Source of the DNA: Chiloscyllium plagiosum
Lineage: Eukaryota
Length of the DNA: 64,000 nt
Assembly (NCBI RefSeq): GCF_004010195.1
Contig: NC_057719.1
Coordinates: forward strand, 4,054,897-4,118,896
Direction of reading: 5' to 3'
Of this stretch, positions 39,225 to 52,552 are shown in pieces; the first letter of the stretch is position 1, and every line of letters begins with the position of its first letter. The position numbers and the translations under genes were made by a program. The notes beneath the pieces are model-generated. The model was not told the DNA's origin and made no database searches. It saw only the letters and a list, made by a program, of their open reading frames with translations.

Positions 39225-40400
39225 TTTTTGACTTCAGTATCTGTGGAAGTCCGAATAATATTGAACATTGTGCAACCATTGTGGAGCATGCCTATTTCTG
39301 ATCTTGTGATGGTGAGAAGGTCATTGAGGATGACCATGAAGATGGTTGCACCTGGGACACTACCTTGAGGAACTCCTGCAATGATGTCGTGGGTGGAGTT
39401 AATTGACCTTCAATACTCGCAACTAACTTTCTTCATGGTAAGTACGACTCCAATTACCAGAGTGTTTTCCATTGATTTCCTTTTGACTTCAGTTTTGCAA
39501 GGGTTGCTTAATGCCGTAATCTGTTAAAAACTACCTTTATGTCAAGGACAGTCCTTCTCACCTTACATCCTGGTGGTCAGCTGTTTCATGCTCTAATGAG
39601 GCCAGAAACTGTGTGGCCCTGGCCGAACCTATATTGAATCATTGTGAGCGGGCTGTTCTTTTTCAAGGCCACATGCTAGCATGGTCAGTTTGATCAAGAA
39701 TACACTGGCCAGTAATTGTCTGGCTTGACATTGTCCTGCATCTTTGTGTACCAAATATATCTGAGCAACTTTATCACGTTGTTAGGTAATGCCATTGTTG
39801 TAGCTGTGAATTGGAACAACTTGGCTGGCGTAAGAATGGTTCTGGAGCACGTTTGTTTATTACCAGAATGTTGACATGGTCCAAAGTATGTGTATATGCT
39901 ACCTTCAACTTTTTTTTATTATATAGAGTTAATCAAATTGTCTGAAGACTGGCATCTGTGATGCAGGGGATTTCTGAAAGAAGCACAAGTGGATAGCACT
40001 TCAGGCTAAAGCAGGTTGCAGATGCTTCCACTTTACCTTTTTAACTGGTGTGCTCAGCTGTGCCATCATTGAGGTTGGGATATTTGTGTCATCTTTTCTA
40101 TCTGTTAGTTATTTCACTATCCACAACCATTCATGACAGCTCTGCCGTACTGACACATCCTAAGATCTGATTTGTTGGTTGTGGAATCATTTAGTTCTTG
40201 CATTACATCCTCCTCCTGCTTGGCATGAAAGTAGCACTTCATAATATGTTTTCAGGTTGACACCTAATTTTTAGTTGCCTGATGCTGCTCCTTGCATGTC
40301 CTCCTGCATTCTTCATTGAACAAGGGTTGATTCCCTGATTGAATGCTAATGGTAGAGTGAGTCTATGCAAGGTCATAAGATTAGATATTCTGGTCAAGCT
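39225..40400 (-). mobile_element. Decayed L2/CR1-clade LINE fragment
   Basis: Similar to 33800-33960 and 36120-37100 (cccaggtgc and ggagttcctcaagg on the minus strand, GVPQG). Confidence 0.6.
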
Positions 40401-40965
40401 GCATTTGCAGTAACGTAGTCATAATAACCACATGACAATAACATTTTGTGGTGTAGTCTTATTCCCTCTACTTCCAAATTGATCAGATCAATAATCAGTG
40501 TCGTCTTCAACAATACATACCAACCTCTGGGCAAGGATTCTCAGGGCTGATTATTAACAGGTAATTCCTGCTGGAAAATGCTTGGCTATTATTAGTTTAT
40601 TAGTGGATTAAACCCAGTTCACCAAATGACCAGGGCAGCCTTACATGGTCCTTGCTCAGTAGTATAATAATCTGCAATGAAGGCTTTTCAGATAATGCAG
40701 CAATATGCAGCATTTCCATTGTTGTGCCAGCTTGGATATTGATGGGATTAAACCTAGCACCTTTTCAGGACTTTGTGGATGATGTAATCCTTAATGCAAA
40801 CTCACTGAAATAAGAAATCGTCTTAAGACTGTTACCTGAAGTAGTTAGTTCAGGTAGTTGATATGGTTGTATAACTGGACATTTCTGTTTAAATGGCATC
40901 ATTTGTGTGCAGAATATAACTTGGTGAGAGAATGTAGTGGTTAAATTAAGCATAATCTCTTCTAG

Positions 40966-41096
40966 CGCCCTCTGTGGTTCAGCTAGCAGCAGCTGTCAAG
41001 ACCCATTCAGACCTGAAGGTCGGAGAGTATTCCAGTATGGAAAACATTGAGTCATGGGCAAGCAAAGAATGGAACAAAAGCTTTGTTGGACAACAG
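40966..41096 (+). CDS. DICER1: DICER1 exon 4 (absent from the ORF track)
   Basis: 131 nt, phase 1 start; cttctag|CGCCC to CAACAG|gtattt; (A)PSVVQLAAAVKTHSDLKVGEYSSMENIESWASKEWNKSFVGQQ, with the Dicer THSDLKVGEYS motif. Confidence 0.95.
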
Positions 41097-42165
41097 GTAT
41101 TTCAACTTAGTTTGAAAGTCTAGTTAAAGATCATAGTCCTGTCTTTTGCATTTTGTATGCCTTAATGTAAAATGTTTAAAGCCTGAAAATCAAGTCCTGC
41201 TCATCCTGGAGGTGTCTTAAGTTGATTGTATCGAACTATGCTGAATTCCCAATTTACCTGCCTGGTAGACTCAGATTGACCGAAAACATGGACCATATTG
41301 TTAACAAGAACTACAATTTATTACAAGTAAGTAGATCATAAGTACAAGCAAACAACCAGAACTGTTGTTGAATAACTCTTAGTTTAAAAACTCTACCCTG
41401 CTCCCCTTGTAAAAATACCCCAATACAAAGCAAAAATTGGTGTTATTAAAAATGACTGGAGAAAATGTTCAGCGGCATAACACCTCAGGAGTATTTTGGA
41501 GGAGATCCTCTTGTTTCCCTAATCCTTCAGTTTACTCTTTGCCTTCTCTAGAAAAGTGAGCAATTGGTTCACAAGTGATAAAGTTTGAATTATTGGATAA
41601 AAGCAAGGGCTTACAGCAACTGGTGGAAGAAAATAAACTGGCTTTTTCTTTTCAGGCATTTTTACTGCAGAGAAAGAGACACCACCCCACATTCCAGAGG
41701 TCCAAGACCTTCTGCCAATCTTGTTCACACCAATAAGATATGCAACCACTCATGGGCCAATCAGATTGGCACTGTCGGGCTGATGGCCTTTGGCATCCAC
41801 AAGTGGTCACAACTCCACAAACTAATCAGCAACCTGTAGCCAGCTGACTTTCACGTTGTACAAGAACCCCAAAGCCAGGCCAACGTCTCTTGTACCTTAC
41901 ACAGCTTGTAAAGCAACAGTGTAAACATGATTTTACAGTTAGTTTCAATAATGTTTTTAAAACATACAGCAGTTCCTTCCTCAGTCCATTTTCATAAAAC
42001 AGCCCTTTCCCATATAGTCCACAACCAAAACTAAAGCACAGATGCAATTTTTTTTTTAAAAAGATATAGAAGTACCTTGTGTTAACTGTGTAAAAAGGTT
42101 ATGTTTTATGTAAAATCTTTAGTGATTGTCTTTTTTTATTTCTCTCCTGTTTTTGATTTTTATAG

Positions 42166-42300
42166 GTGCTAGTCATGACTTGCCACATCTTCTTGCACAT
42201 CTTGAAAAGGGGCTACCTTTTCCTCTCCAAAATCAACCTTCTAGTGTTTGATGAATGCCACCTTGCAATCAGAGAACATCCCTATCAGGAGATTATGAAG
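42166..42300 (+). CDS. DICER1: DICER1 exon 5 (DECH box; absent from the ORF track)
   Basis: 135 nt; tttatag|GTGCTA to ATGAAG|gtatta; [45 protein letters not shown]. Confidence 0.97.
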
Positions 42301-44764
42301 GTATTATTTCTTGCTGTCATTTAGACAAATCATTTTGCCATAACATTCCACACTGGGAGTGAAGACCAAATGTCGTTCTCATGTGAAATTAAATTTGGGG
42401 GAAACCTCCAGTGCATGCAGCCAAAGGGCACTTAGTTCATTTATTATTTTGAAGTCCTTTATTGTTTTTATATTTCCATTCCAAAGAAAACTCTTAATTT
42501 CTAAATTCAAACTAAAATCTGTCTATGTAAACTTGTAGTTGCAGCCTCTTGCCAGTGTGATATCCTGAAAAGTTTAATTGCAAATAATTGTTAACATTGT
42601 TTTCACTTCTGTGGAAATTGGGAACTTGTATTTCTTGTCAATCATGTGCGCATCCCCTATATAAAGCTGCTTGACTTTACAGTTTTTGTTATCTTTCCAA
42701 AATAATCCAAATTTGAGAACATTTCTCCCCTCTCGCCTGCCTGTCTCTGCCCCCCCAAATTGAGTTTGCTTAGTGAGATGCAGCTGTTTTCTCATGCTAC
42801 CTGTCAACCATGTCAATCTGATAGCTTGGAGTCCAGTGTTCTGACTAGAAATATAAGGTAATCTGTGTACTTAAACTAAGATATAAGCTTGTTAATATGA
42901 AAGAAAACATTTATCTTTGTCTTTCAATGAAATAGAAAACATGACCCTAAGAAATATGATACTTTGAATCTGCTTGACCATTCACTTGTGATTGATCTTT
43001 TAGTCGCTTTCCTGCCTAAAAAAGGTAAAGAAATTGTGTAAAGTTAACTAGCTTGAAATCTCAACTCTTTGAGCTGTTATGATGTAATGTTCTTTTTTAC
43101 TGTCATCCCTGAGGGTTGCTACATCCTCTGTCGAAAGTTGAAGGCTCTAACAGCTATGGTTTGATCTCTTGAAAAGATTCACCGTGGGATGGTATCAGGA
43201 ATCCTCACCATTTATAACTCACTTTGTTGTTTGCCTCACGAGTGTGTCTACTGTTTCTAAAAAATGGCAAAATATTGAAAGTGTTTTTCCTACATTATAA
43301 AAAGCTTGATATTATGTCCTTTGCCATTAACCCAAGCCAGATGGTACTTAAGATGTTACTTTATACAACTGCAGGACTGTTGCACGAGGAACATTTATTT
43401 GCCCCTTGTTAATAGGATCTATAGTTTGCAAGTTTGTTGAATGACAGGACTTTGAACAAGAACTATTTTGGGTCTTGATGCATGACAAATTGTAAAACAA
43501 AATTACTGTTAGAAAGTTGTTGCAGTTTAGTTTTGCCTCTGTTACGGCAGTTCCAATTTGGCTTACGGAGTCAGATTTTATATCTAACAGGTCAGATGCA
43601 AAGGTCAGTGTCCACGTTTGTTCTCTAGTCCTTCTACTCTTTTAATCTATGTAGTTTTCTTAGCTCCTTCCTTAAGTGCTTATAATACATGAACGTTGTT
43701 TAAATGAAGTACTAAAGTTGTAAAAGACCCCACAAGGTGAGTATCCTAATTATCAGCATTCTTCCAGTAGAGGCAAAACCCTGCCAAGCACCTTCAAGAG
43801 GATAGTTTGCCTTTAGCTGTGTATTCAAGTACAAGCTAAGCAATCAGCTTAGCCGTGTGAATCCTGCGTACAAATTCTCATGGGAGTGTGATGTTTATGT
43901 GCAGATCTGTCTCAGTTCAGGCAGAATGCCATTCAATACAGCTGCCTCTCCTACATGGTACCAATCTGAAGAAGTATCACTTTGAATGTAACTGGCTTTC
44001 CCTGTGAGTCTGCTGGCATTGCCTAATATTAAAATTGATAACAGAAGTGCAGCAGCTGTTTCTCTTTTTCTTGCTCTCCACTTCCCCTCCCTTTGGCTTG
44101 ATGTGAACAAGTCTTCAGACCAAAGCATTCATGACAGGGTTCCATTTGCCATTATTGCTTTTTGTTAAAAAATTGAATTCATTAATGTTATTGAACTTGT
44201 CAGCTTGATTGTGTCTAACCCTGTGGGTGGAGAGGCTATGGAAGTATTTGCTGGAATTTTTATTGCAAAAATTGTAACAACTTCTTTGCCTCCTCCGATG
44301 AAACATGAAATGTTTAAATATTTGTGAAGTGACATCTTTGATCAGATACATTTAACGATAATCGCTAAATAGTTAAAAATGTTGATTTGGTTTATGCTGG
44401 CTTGGTCACATTGGACTCAAAATGGCTTGGTGCATCATTCCAAATCAAACCTGCTTTTCGCCCCTTTTTTTGATATATACTTTCTGCTCATGCCTGGAAA
44501 GGCTCAAGATGTACCTAATATTTGTTTGAGAGTTAAAAGCAATAAATGCTAGTTATGCCAGCGATGCTCTCTTCCCATGAGTTGATTAAAGGAGAGACCT
44601 TAGAAGAACCTTGTTCGACCATTGATTATGGAATTGTTTTACTATAGGTAACCAAAACTGGTGCTAACGTTATCCATTTAAGTATGAAGTAACATTGTAC
44701 ATCAGAATATGTATTTTTAATATCTCCCAGTGGTAGCCATTGTAAATGAAAGAATATTTTTGCT

Positions 44765-47700
44765 GTATAGTCATTGAGCTCTATGGCAAAGAAAAAAGCC
44801 CTTCAGCCCATCAAGTCTGTACCACTTAAAAGCAGTCACCTAACTATTCTAATCCCATTTTCCAGCACTTGGTCCATAGCTTGTATGTCTTGGTTGCACA
44901 AGTATACATCTAAAAATTCAATACATGTGATGAGGGTTTCTACCTGTGCCACCCTTTACAGGCAGCAAGTACCAGATTCCCACTACCCTCTTGGGTGGGG
45001 GGGGGAAAAGGAAGAGTTTTTCCCCTCATTCCCTCTAAACCTCCTGCCCCTTAGCTTGGATGTATGCCCTCTGGTCATTGATCCCTCCACAAAGGGGAAC
45101 ATTTCCTATCTACCCCTCAAATGGTATTCATCACAATTACGTTCCCCCTCAGTCTGCTCTGCTCCAAGAAAACAGCTAATATCCATTCAATCTTTCTACG
45201 TAACAAACTCTCCAGTCAGGCAACATTCTCGTAAATCTCCTCTGCATCTGCTGTAGAGCAATCATATTCTCTCATATAATGTGGATTCCAGAACTGCCTT
45301 AACTGGACTATCTAATATCCCTGATCTTAAACTCTGTCCTTTGGCAAGAAAAGCAAGTCTCTCATATGCCGCCTTAACCACTTTATCTACCTGTCCTATT
45401 ATCTTAAGGGACTGGTGGACATGTGCACCAAGGTCCTTTTGAACAAAGAACAAAGAAAATTTACAGCCCAGGAACAGGCCCTTCAGCCCTCCAAGCCTGT
45501 GCCAATCCAAATCCAATGTCTAAACCTATCGTCCAATTCCTAAGGATGTATCCCTCTGCTCCCCACCTACTCATGCAACTGTCCAGACACATCTTAAATG
45601 AATCTACTGTGCCTGCCTCTACTACCTCTGCTGGCAACGCGTTCCAGGTCCCTACAACCCTCTGTGTAAAGTACTTGCTGTGTATATCCCCCTTTAAACT
45701 TTTCACCTCTCACCTTGAATGTGTGACCTCTTGTTATTGAATCCCTCGCCCTAGGAAAAGGCTTATCTCTGTCTACCCTGTCTATATCCTTCATAATTTT
45801 ATAGACCTCAATCAGGTCTCCCTCAATCTCCTTTCTTCTAATTAAAACAATGCTAACCTACTCAACCTCTCTTCATAGCTAGCACCTTCTGTACCAGGCA
45901 ACATCTTTGTAAACCTTCTCTGCACCTTCACCAAAGCGTCCACGTCCTTTTGGTAATGTGGCGACCAGACTTGTACGCAGTATTCTAAATGCGGCCGAAC
46001 CAACAGTATGTACAATCTTAACATGACCTGCCAGCTCTTCTACTCAGTACCCTTTCCGATGAACGCAAGCATACCATATGTCACCTCGACCACTCTATCC
46101 ACCTGAGCAGGCACCCTCAGGATACAATGGACCTGCACTCCCAGATCTCTCTGCTCATCACTTTTTCTCAAGGCTCTTCTGTTTTCAGTATAGTTCATTC
46201 CAGAATTAGACATCCCAAAATGCAACACCTCACATTTTCCTGGATTGAACTCCATCTGCCACTTCTCCGCCCAACTCTCCAGTCTATGTCCTCCTGTATT
46301 CTTTGACAGTCCCCTATGCTTTCTGCTACTTGACCAATCTTCGTTTCATCTGCAAACTTACTGATCAGACCATCAATGTCCTCTTCCAGATTATTTGTAT
46401 ATTACAAATATCAGTGGCCCCAACACTGACCCCTGCGGAAAACCACTGGTCTCCTTTCTCCATTTCGAGAAACTCCCTTCAACTACTACTGTCTCCTGTT
46501 GCTCAACCAGTTCTTTATCCACCTCACTAGAAGACCCTGCACACCATGTGACTTCACTTTCTCAATTAGTTTACCATGGGGAACCTTATCAAACTCCTTA
46601 CTAAAGTCCATGTATATGACATCTACAGCCATTCCTTAATCGATCAGCTTGGTCACTTCCTCAAACGACTCGATTAAGTTCGTATGGCATGATCTACCTT
46701 GCACAAAATCTTGTTACCTATCACTGATAAGCCCATTCTTTTCCAAATATAAATAGATTTTATCCCTCAGTACCTTCTCCAGCAACTTTCCCACCAGTGA
46801 TGCCAGGCTCACTGGTCTGTAGTTACCTGGAATATCCCTACTACCATTCTTGTACAGGGAGACAATATGAGCAACCCTCCAGTCCCCCAGCATCTAACCT
46901 GCGTTTAAGGATGCTGCAAAGATATTTGTCAGGGCCCCAGCTATTTGTGCTCTCGCCTCCCTCAGCAACCTAGGATAGATCCCATCCGGTCCTGGGGATT
47001 TGTCCACCTTAATATCCTTTAGCCTACCCAACATATCCTCCCGCCTTATGTCAATGTGATCCAGACTAAACAAACTTCAATCTCTAAGCTCAGCGTTTAT
47101 CACCTTTCCATTCGTCAGTGAACACTGATGCAAAGTTATCATCGAGAATCTCACCCATTTTCTCACGTTCGACACACAACCTTCCTTATCCTTTAGTGGC
47201 GCAACCCTTTCTCTGGTTGCTCTCTTGCTTCTTATACAAGAAGAAAATGCCTTGGGGTTCTCCTTAATTCTGCTTGCTGTAGTTATTTCATGATCATTTT
47301 TAGCCCGCTTGATTCCTGGTCCTAATCTCCCGATATTCCTCCAGGGCCCATTCTGTTCTTAGCTGCCTGGACCTTACATACGCTCCCTTTTCCTCCTGGC
47401 TAGTCATACAATTTCTCATGTCATCCACGATTCACAAATCTTCCATTTTCTAACCCTGGTTTTCAAAGGGACATGCCTATCCTGCACTATCTTTAACCTA
47501 TCTTTGAAAGCCTCACACATATTAAATGTGGACTTTCCTTCAAATAGCTGTGTCCAATCCATATTTCCCAGCTCCTGTCTAATTTTGATATAATTGGCCT
47601 TGGCCCAGTTTAGTACTCATCCCTTAGGACCACTTTCGTCTTTGTCTACAGTTATTTTAAAACTGACAGAATTGTGGTAACTATTCCCAAAGAAATACCC

Positions 47701-48230
47701 CAATGCAACTTCTCCCACCTGGCCTGGCTCATTCCCCAACACCAGGTCCAATATGGCCCCTTCCCTCGGCATCTATTGATATACAGCTCTAGAAAACTTT
47801 CCTGGATGCTGCTTACAAATTTTGCCCCATCCAGACCTCTGACACTAAGTGTATCCCAGCTTTTGATAAGTAGATTATGTCAAATGTATTGACCGCCTCT
47901 ACACATCTGGTCACCTCTTCAAAATAATCAATCCAGTTGGTCAGATGAGATCTCTCCTTAACAAAGCCATGCTGACTGTTCTTGATTAATGTCTGCCTTT
48001 CCGAGTGTAAGTAGATTGCCTCCAAATTGCTTTCAATAGTTTTCCTGCACCAAGGTTAGTCTGACTGTTCTCGTTTATTCCTTGCTCCCTTTACATAACA
48101 GTACCACACTGGCTCTCCTCTAGTCCACTGGTACCTTTCCTGTGGTCAAAAAGAAATTGAAAATTAGTGCCAGCACCCAGTTATTCCCCCCTTGCCCCTC
48201 TCAACAACCTGGGATTTATCTACTCAGCTG
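44765..48230 (-). mobile_element. Nested CR1-like LINEs: a younger copy at about 45441-47870 inside an older copy
   Basis: LVRPHLEYCVQVWSPHYQKD (45842-46024), WNALPAEVVEA, gaacaaagaacaaag tail at 45441; HGFVKERSHLTN (47813-48025). Confidence 0.88.
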
Positions 48231-48311
48231 CCAGACCCCTCCATAAGACCATGAAAAACTGCAAAAGGAGTAGGCCATTTGGTCTCAAGAGCTTGCTTCA
48301 CCATTGAATAG

Positions 48312-48621
48312 GACATGGTGGCACAGTGGTTAGCACTGCTGCCTCACAGCGCCAGAGACCCGGGTTCAACACCCGCCTCAGGCGACTCTGTGTGGAGTTT
48401 GCACATTCTCCCCGTGCCTGTGTGGTTTCCTCCGGGTGCTCCGGTTTCCTCCCACAATCCAAAAATGTGCAGGTTAGGTGAATTGTCCATGCTAAATTGC
48501 CCGTAGTGTTAGGTGAAGGGGTAAATGTGGGAGAATGGGTCTGGGTGGTATACGCTTCGGCGGGTCGGTGTGGACTTGTTGGGCCGAAGGGCCTGTTTCC
48601 ACACTAAGTAATCTAATCTAA
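48312..48621 (+). mobile_element. HE1/V-SINE-like SINE, well preserved
   Basis: ggtggcacagtggttagcactgctgcctcacagcgccagagacccgggttcaa head; taatctaatcta tail. Confidence 0.88.
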
Positions 48622-49254
48622 TAAAAAGACATGGCTGATTCTACGTTCCTCATGTCCACTCTCCTACCCTTTCCCTGTAACCTTTGTTTCCCCTGCTGAT
48701 CAAAAATCTGTCTCAGCCTTCAGTATACACATGGACTGTGCCTACAGCTGAATCCTCTGAGAAGAAATTTGTCCTCAACTCAGTCTTAAATTGGCCCTCT
48801 TTTATTCTGAGACTATGGTGTGTGGTCCCAGACACTCTGAGGGGGAACATCCTCTCAGATTATACTTTATCAAGTACTGTAGGAATCATCAACAAAATAA
48901 AAACCACAGAACTGCAGATGCTCGAAACCAGAAACACAAACACAAAATGCTCAGCAGATCTGGCAACATCTGTAGAGGGAAATCAGTTAACATTTTGGGT
49001 CATTCTTTTCTTTTTGTTTTTATCTTTCTTTTCTTTCTTTGTCTTTTATCTTTTTTATTCATATTTTCTCTGCTTTCCTTTTTTTCCACTGAAGCAACTC
49101 CACAGCTTTTAACTTCACATCTGGTGATTCTTTTGTGATTTAAGTTTGAATTATTAAAAATAAATCACAAATCCAACAGTTTGGAAAGGGATATCTCTAA
49201 CTTTGAATTCTTTCCATGACTCATTTTAACGTTGTTTCTTTTTTGTTAAATCAG

Positions 49255-49415
49255 ATGTGTGAGGAGAATCCTTCATGCCCTCGGATCTTGGGACTGACTG
49301 CCTCCATTTTAAATGGTAAATGTGACCCTTCTGAGCTAGAGGAGAAAATTTTGAAGCTGGAAAAGATTCTCAGGAGCAGTGCAGAGACTGCCACTGACCT
49401 GGTAGTGTTGGACAA
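49255..49415 (+). CDS. DICER1: DICER1 exon 6 (motif III, LTAS)
   Basis: 161 nt; aatcag|ATGTGT to GACAA|gtgagt; [53 protein letters not shown]. Confidence 0.97.
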
Positions 49416-50479
49416 GTGAGTTGTAGACACAGTCTAGTTTCTTATTCTTCACTGTATGCTAATATCAAGAGGTACATTGTTTTTGAAGGTTAGTATTGTG
49501 AAGATTAGTGCCTTCATCTTTCCCTTTAAGGCTGATTTATGTTTTGATCTTGAACTTGATTGTGTCTACCTGCTGCAAATATTATCAGGTGGTCACAACC
49601 CTTTTGCTGGTATGATTATGCAAACTAGCCATGGCTGAGCAATATTGCTCTGAAAACCCAAAAGGATGATGGATATGGAAAGTAGAAAATTCACATTAGT
49701 TCTCCAGAATCAGATTCTTAAAGTATTTCTGGCATAGAGTAATGTGGGCTTTGACTGCTGTGTAGGGCACAAACAGTGCAAATTGATTGAATTTGTTTCA
49801 TGTCTGTAGTTAACCAGTAATGGACCAACTTCCCTAGTTGACATTTTTGCAGAATGGTGTGGCAGTTCACTTCAGAGGACAGTGAATGAAACATAATGTG
49901 ACACAAATTTTACATGCAGGCCAAATGGTACAAATGGGAAGTCAGTGTCACTGTGAAACACATTTTGAGGGGAGTGTGCAACAGGTCAGCATCACTTGTG
50001 GCACAGATTGCTAGAGCAAACTGGTGGGAGATGGAAACTGGTGCAAAAAGCCCCTTTGCCCTGTTCCTACCTTTCAGATCCAAAATGAGACGATAAATAA
50101 AATCAGGGTAGTGATAAGTAGGTATTTTTTCCATGTCCTTTTGATTTGGCTAAGTGATTTAAATTTAGTGGTATTATTATTGCTGAAGAATACAGTTAAG
50201 AAATTGACTTTTAAGCTAAAGAGCCTCCAAATTTATTTAACAAATAAAACAGGATAGAAGTGCTGGGAAGGCAATTTGTTACAGCTGTGGTATTTGGGAA
50301 CTGGAGGATGCTGCTGCGATCCACGGTGAATATATCCACACAGCAAGTATTCAAGCAACTTTGGGTCAGCGGTGTAGACACTGCAAAACATCAGGAAGGG
50401 AGAGAGTTAGTCATAGTTATACAGTATGGAAACAGACCCTTTAGTTACTTGAAATTACATCAAATTTCATCTGTGGTTG

Positions 50480-51565
50480 AGGATAGGAGGCATGTGACTG
50501 TTAGGCAGATCTAGCTACCCAGGATGTAACTTTGAAGGAGCATCAACCAGGGCATTTGACCAGTAGGTATGAACCCCCAAAGAGATTCTTGCTGCTGCTG
50601 AGGGTGAGGGCATCAACTGCAGGAACAATGTGCAAACTGACCAAAGCATAGTAGTTCAGAGCACCATTGAAGTAGATGGGAAAAAGAGCAATGTGGTAGC
50701 AATTAGCGGTAGCATATTTAGGATAAGAGATACTGTTCTCTGCAGTAAAGACAAAGAGTCCCCAAGGTTCTGTTGCCCATGAGGTGCTAATGTTTAGGAT
50801 ATCACTTTTGGGCTTAGAGTTGAAAGGGAATGAGCCAGTTGTTGCAGTCCACATAGGTACCAACAACCTGGGTAGATCAAGAAAGAGGTTCTCCTGAGGG
50901 GTTACAAACAACTCAAAATTATAAAGCAAGTAGTAGAACTAGGGATGTAGATACCATTTTAAACTAAATGGCGGAGGGAGGTTCAATTCTAGGGAAGTTC
51001 TAAAAATAAAAAAACAAGAAAGAAATGATAGCCAATGTACAGAGGAATGTAGAGGCAAATGATAATCAAAGTGATAGGGAGGAGCAGAAGATACAAGAAA
51101 AGTGCAGCAAAAATTGGAATTAGAGTAGATAGATAATGGTGAAAGTTTAAAGCTCTTTATTTGAATGCACTTGTATCAAGATCGATGAGTTAATTGCATA
51201 AATAGAAGTAGACGTCCATGATTTCATGGTTGTTACAGAGACATGGCTGCCAGGTGACAAAAGGGAGGGAGTCGATATTTAAAGGGGTTCGTCATTCTGG
51301 CAAATAGACAAAAAGTAAAAGACGATGAAATAGCTTTGTTAATAGAGGACAGTACCTGTGTGGCAGAGAGTAGGTGTATTAGTAGTGATTTTAGATCTTG
51401 ATATGGAATCAGTTTGGGCAGAAAGAAGGAATACCAAAAGAAAGAGCTCATGGGAGCAATAGTTTCTGAGCCCCCAAAGAGGTGACTCACTGTAGAACAA
51501 AGTATAAATCAGGAAATGATTGTGTAAACAAGGCAATACAATTGCCGAGAGTCCTATTGACTGGA
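50480..51565 (+). mobile_element. Decayed CR1-like LINE 5' region (ORF1 esterase and endonuclease start)
   Basis: gtccacataggtaccaac (VHIGTN) and gttacagagacatggctg (VTETWL) motifs. Confidence 0.6.
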
Positions 51566-51569
51566 CTGG

Positions 51570-51910
51570 ACGGCATGGTGGCTCAGTGGTTAGCACTGCT
51601 GCCTCAGTGCCAGAGACCTCTAGCAAATGTCTGTGTGGAGTTGGCACAATCTCCTTGTGTCTGCATGGGTTTCCTACAGGTGCAGCGGTTTCACCCTACA
51701 ATCCAAAGATGTGCAGTTTAGGTGAATTGGCCATGCTAAATTGCCTGTAGTGTTCAGGAATGTGTAGGTTAGGTGCATTAGTCAGGGGTAAATACAGGCT
51801 AATAGGGTAGGGATATGGCTCTGGGTGGGTTACTGTTAGGAGAGTGGATGTGGAATTGTTGGGCTGGAGGGCTTGTTCCCACACTGTAGGGATTCCGTGA
51901 TCCTATGAAA
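51570..51910 (+). mobile_element. HE1/V-SINE-like SINE
   Basis: ggcatggtggctcagtggttagcactgctgcctcag head and V-domain-like centre. Confidence 0.8.
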
Positions 51911-51989
51911 TCAAATGGGGCGATAGTAACATGATGAATTTGTACAGTGCATCAGAGATTGTTAGAGCAGTACTACTTGCGCAATCTTC

Positions 51990-52552
51990 GAGAGAAAGTG
52001 AGGGCTGCAGATGCTGGAGATCAGAGCTGAAAATGTGTTGCTGGAAAAGCGCAGCAGGTCAGACAGCATCCAAGGAACAGGAGAATCTACGTTTCGGGCA
52101 TAAGCCCTTCTTCAGGAATGAGGAAAGTGTGTCCAGCAGGCTAAGATAAAAGGTAGGGAGGAGGGACTTGGGGGAGGGGCTTTGGAAATGCGATAGGTGG
52201 AGGCAGGTCAAGGTGAGGGTGATAGGCCGGAGTGGGGTGGGGGCGGAGAGGTCAGGAAGAAGATTGCAGGTTAGGAAGGCGGTGCTGAGTTCGAGGGATT
52301 TGACTGAGACAAGGTGGGGGGAGGGGAAATGAGGAAACTGGAGAAATCCGAGTTCATCCCTTGTGGTTGGAGGGTTCCTAGGCGGAAGATGAGGCACTCT
52401 TCCTCCAACCGTCGTGTTGCCATGATCTGGCGATGGAGGAGTCCAAGGGCCTGCATGTCCTTGGTGGATTGGGAGGGGGAGTTGAAGTGTTGGGCTACGG
52501 GGTGGTTGGGTTGGTTGGTCCGGGTGTCCCAGAGGTGTTCTCTGAAATGTTC
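51990..52552 (-). mobile_element. Penelope-like element 3' end, with a hammerhead motif at 52084-52119
   Basis: FREHLWDTRTNQPNHPVAQHFN...LGTLQPQGMN (ORF 52271-52606); minus strand attc CTGAAGA A GGGC ttat GCCC GAAA CG TA gatt. Confidence 0.88.

Noticed and set aside
50480..51565. Sense CR1 5' region in intron 6 as a DicerO-like internal promoter
   Set aside because: Position is analogous, but the element is heavily decayed and I found no supported alternative first exon or donor in phase with exon 7
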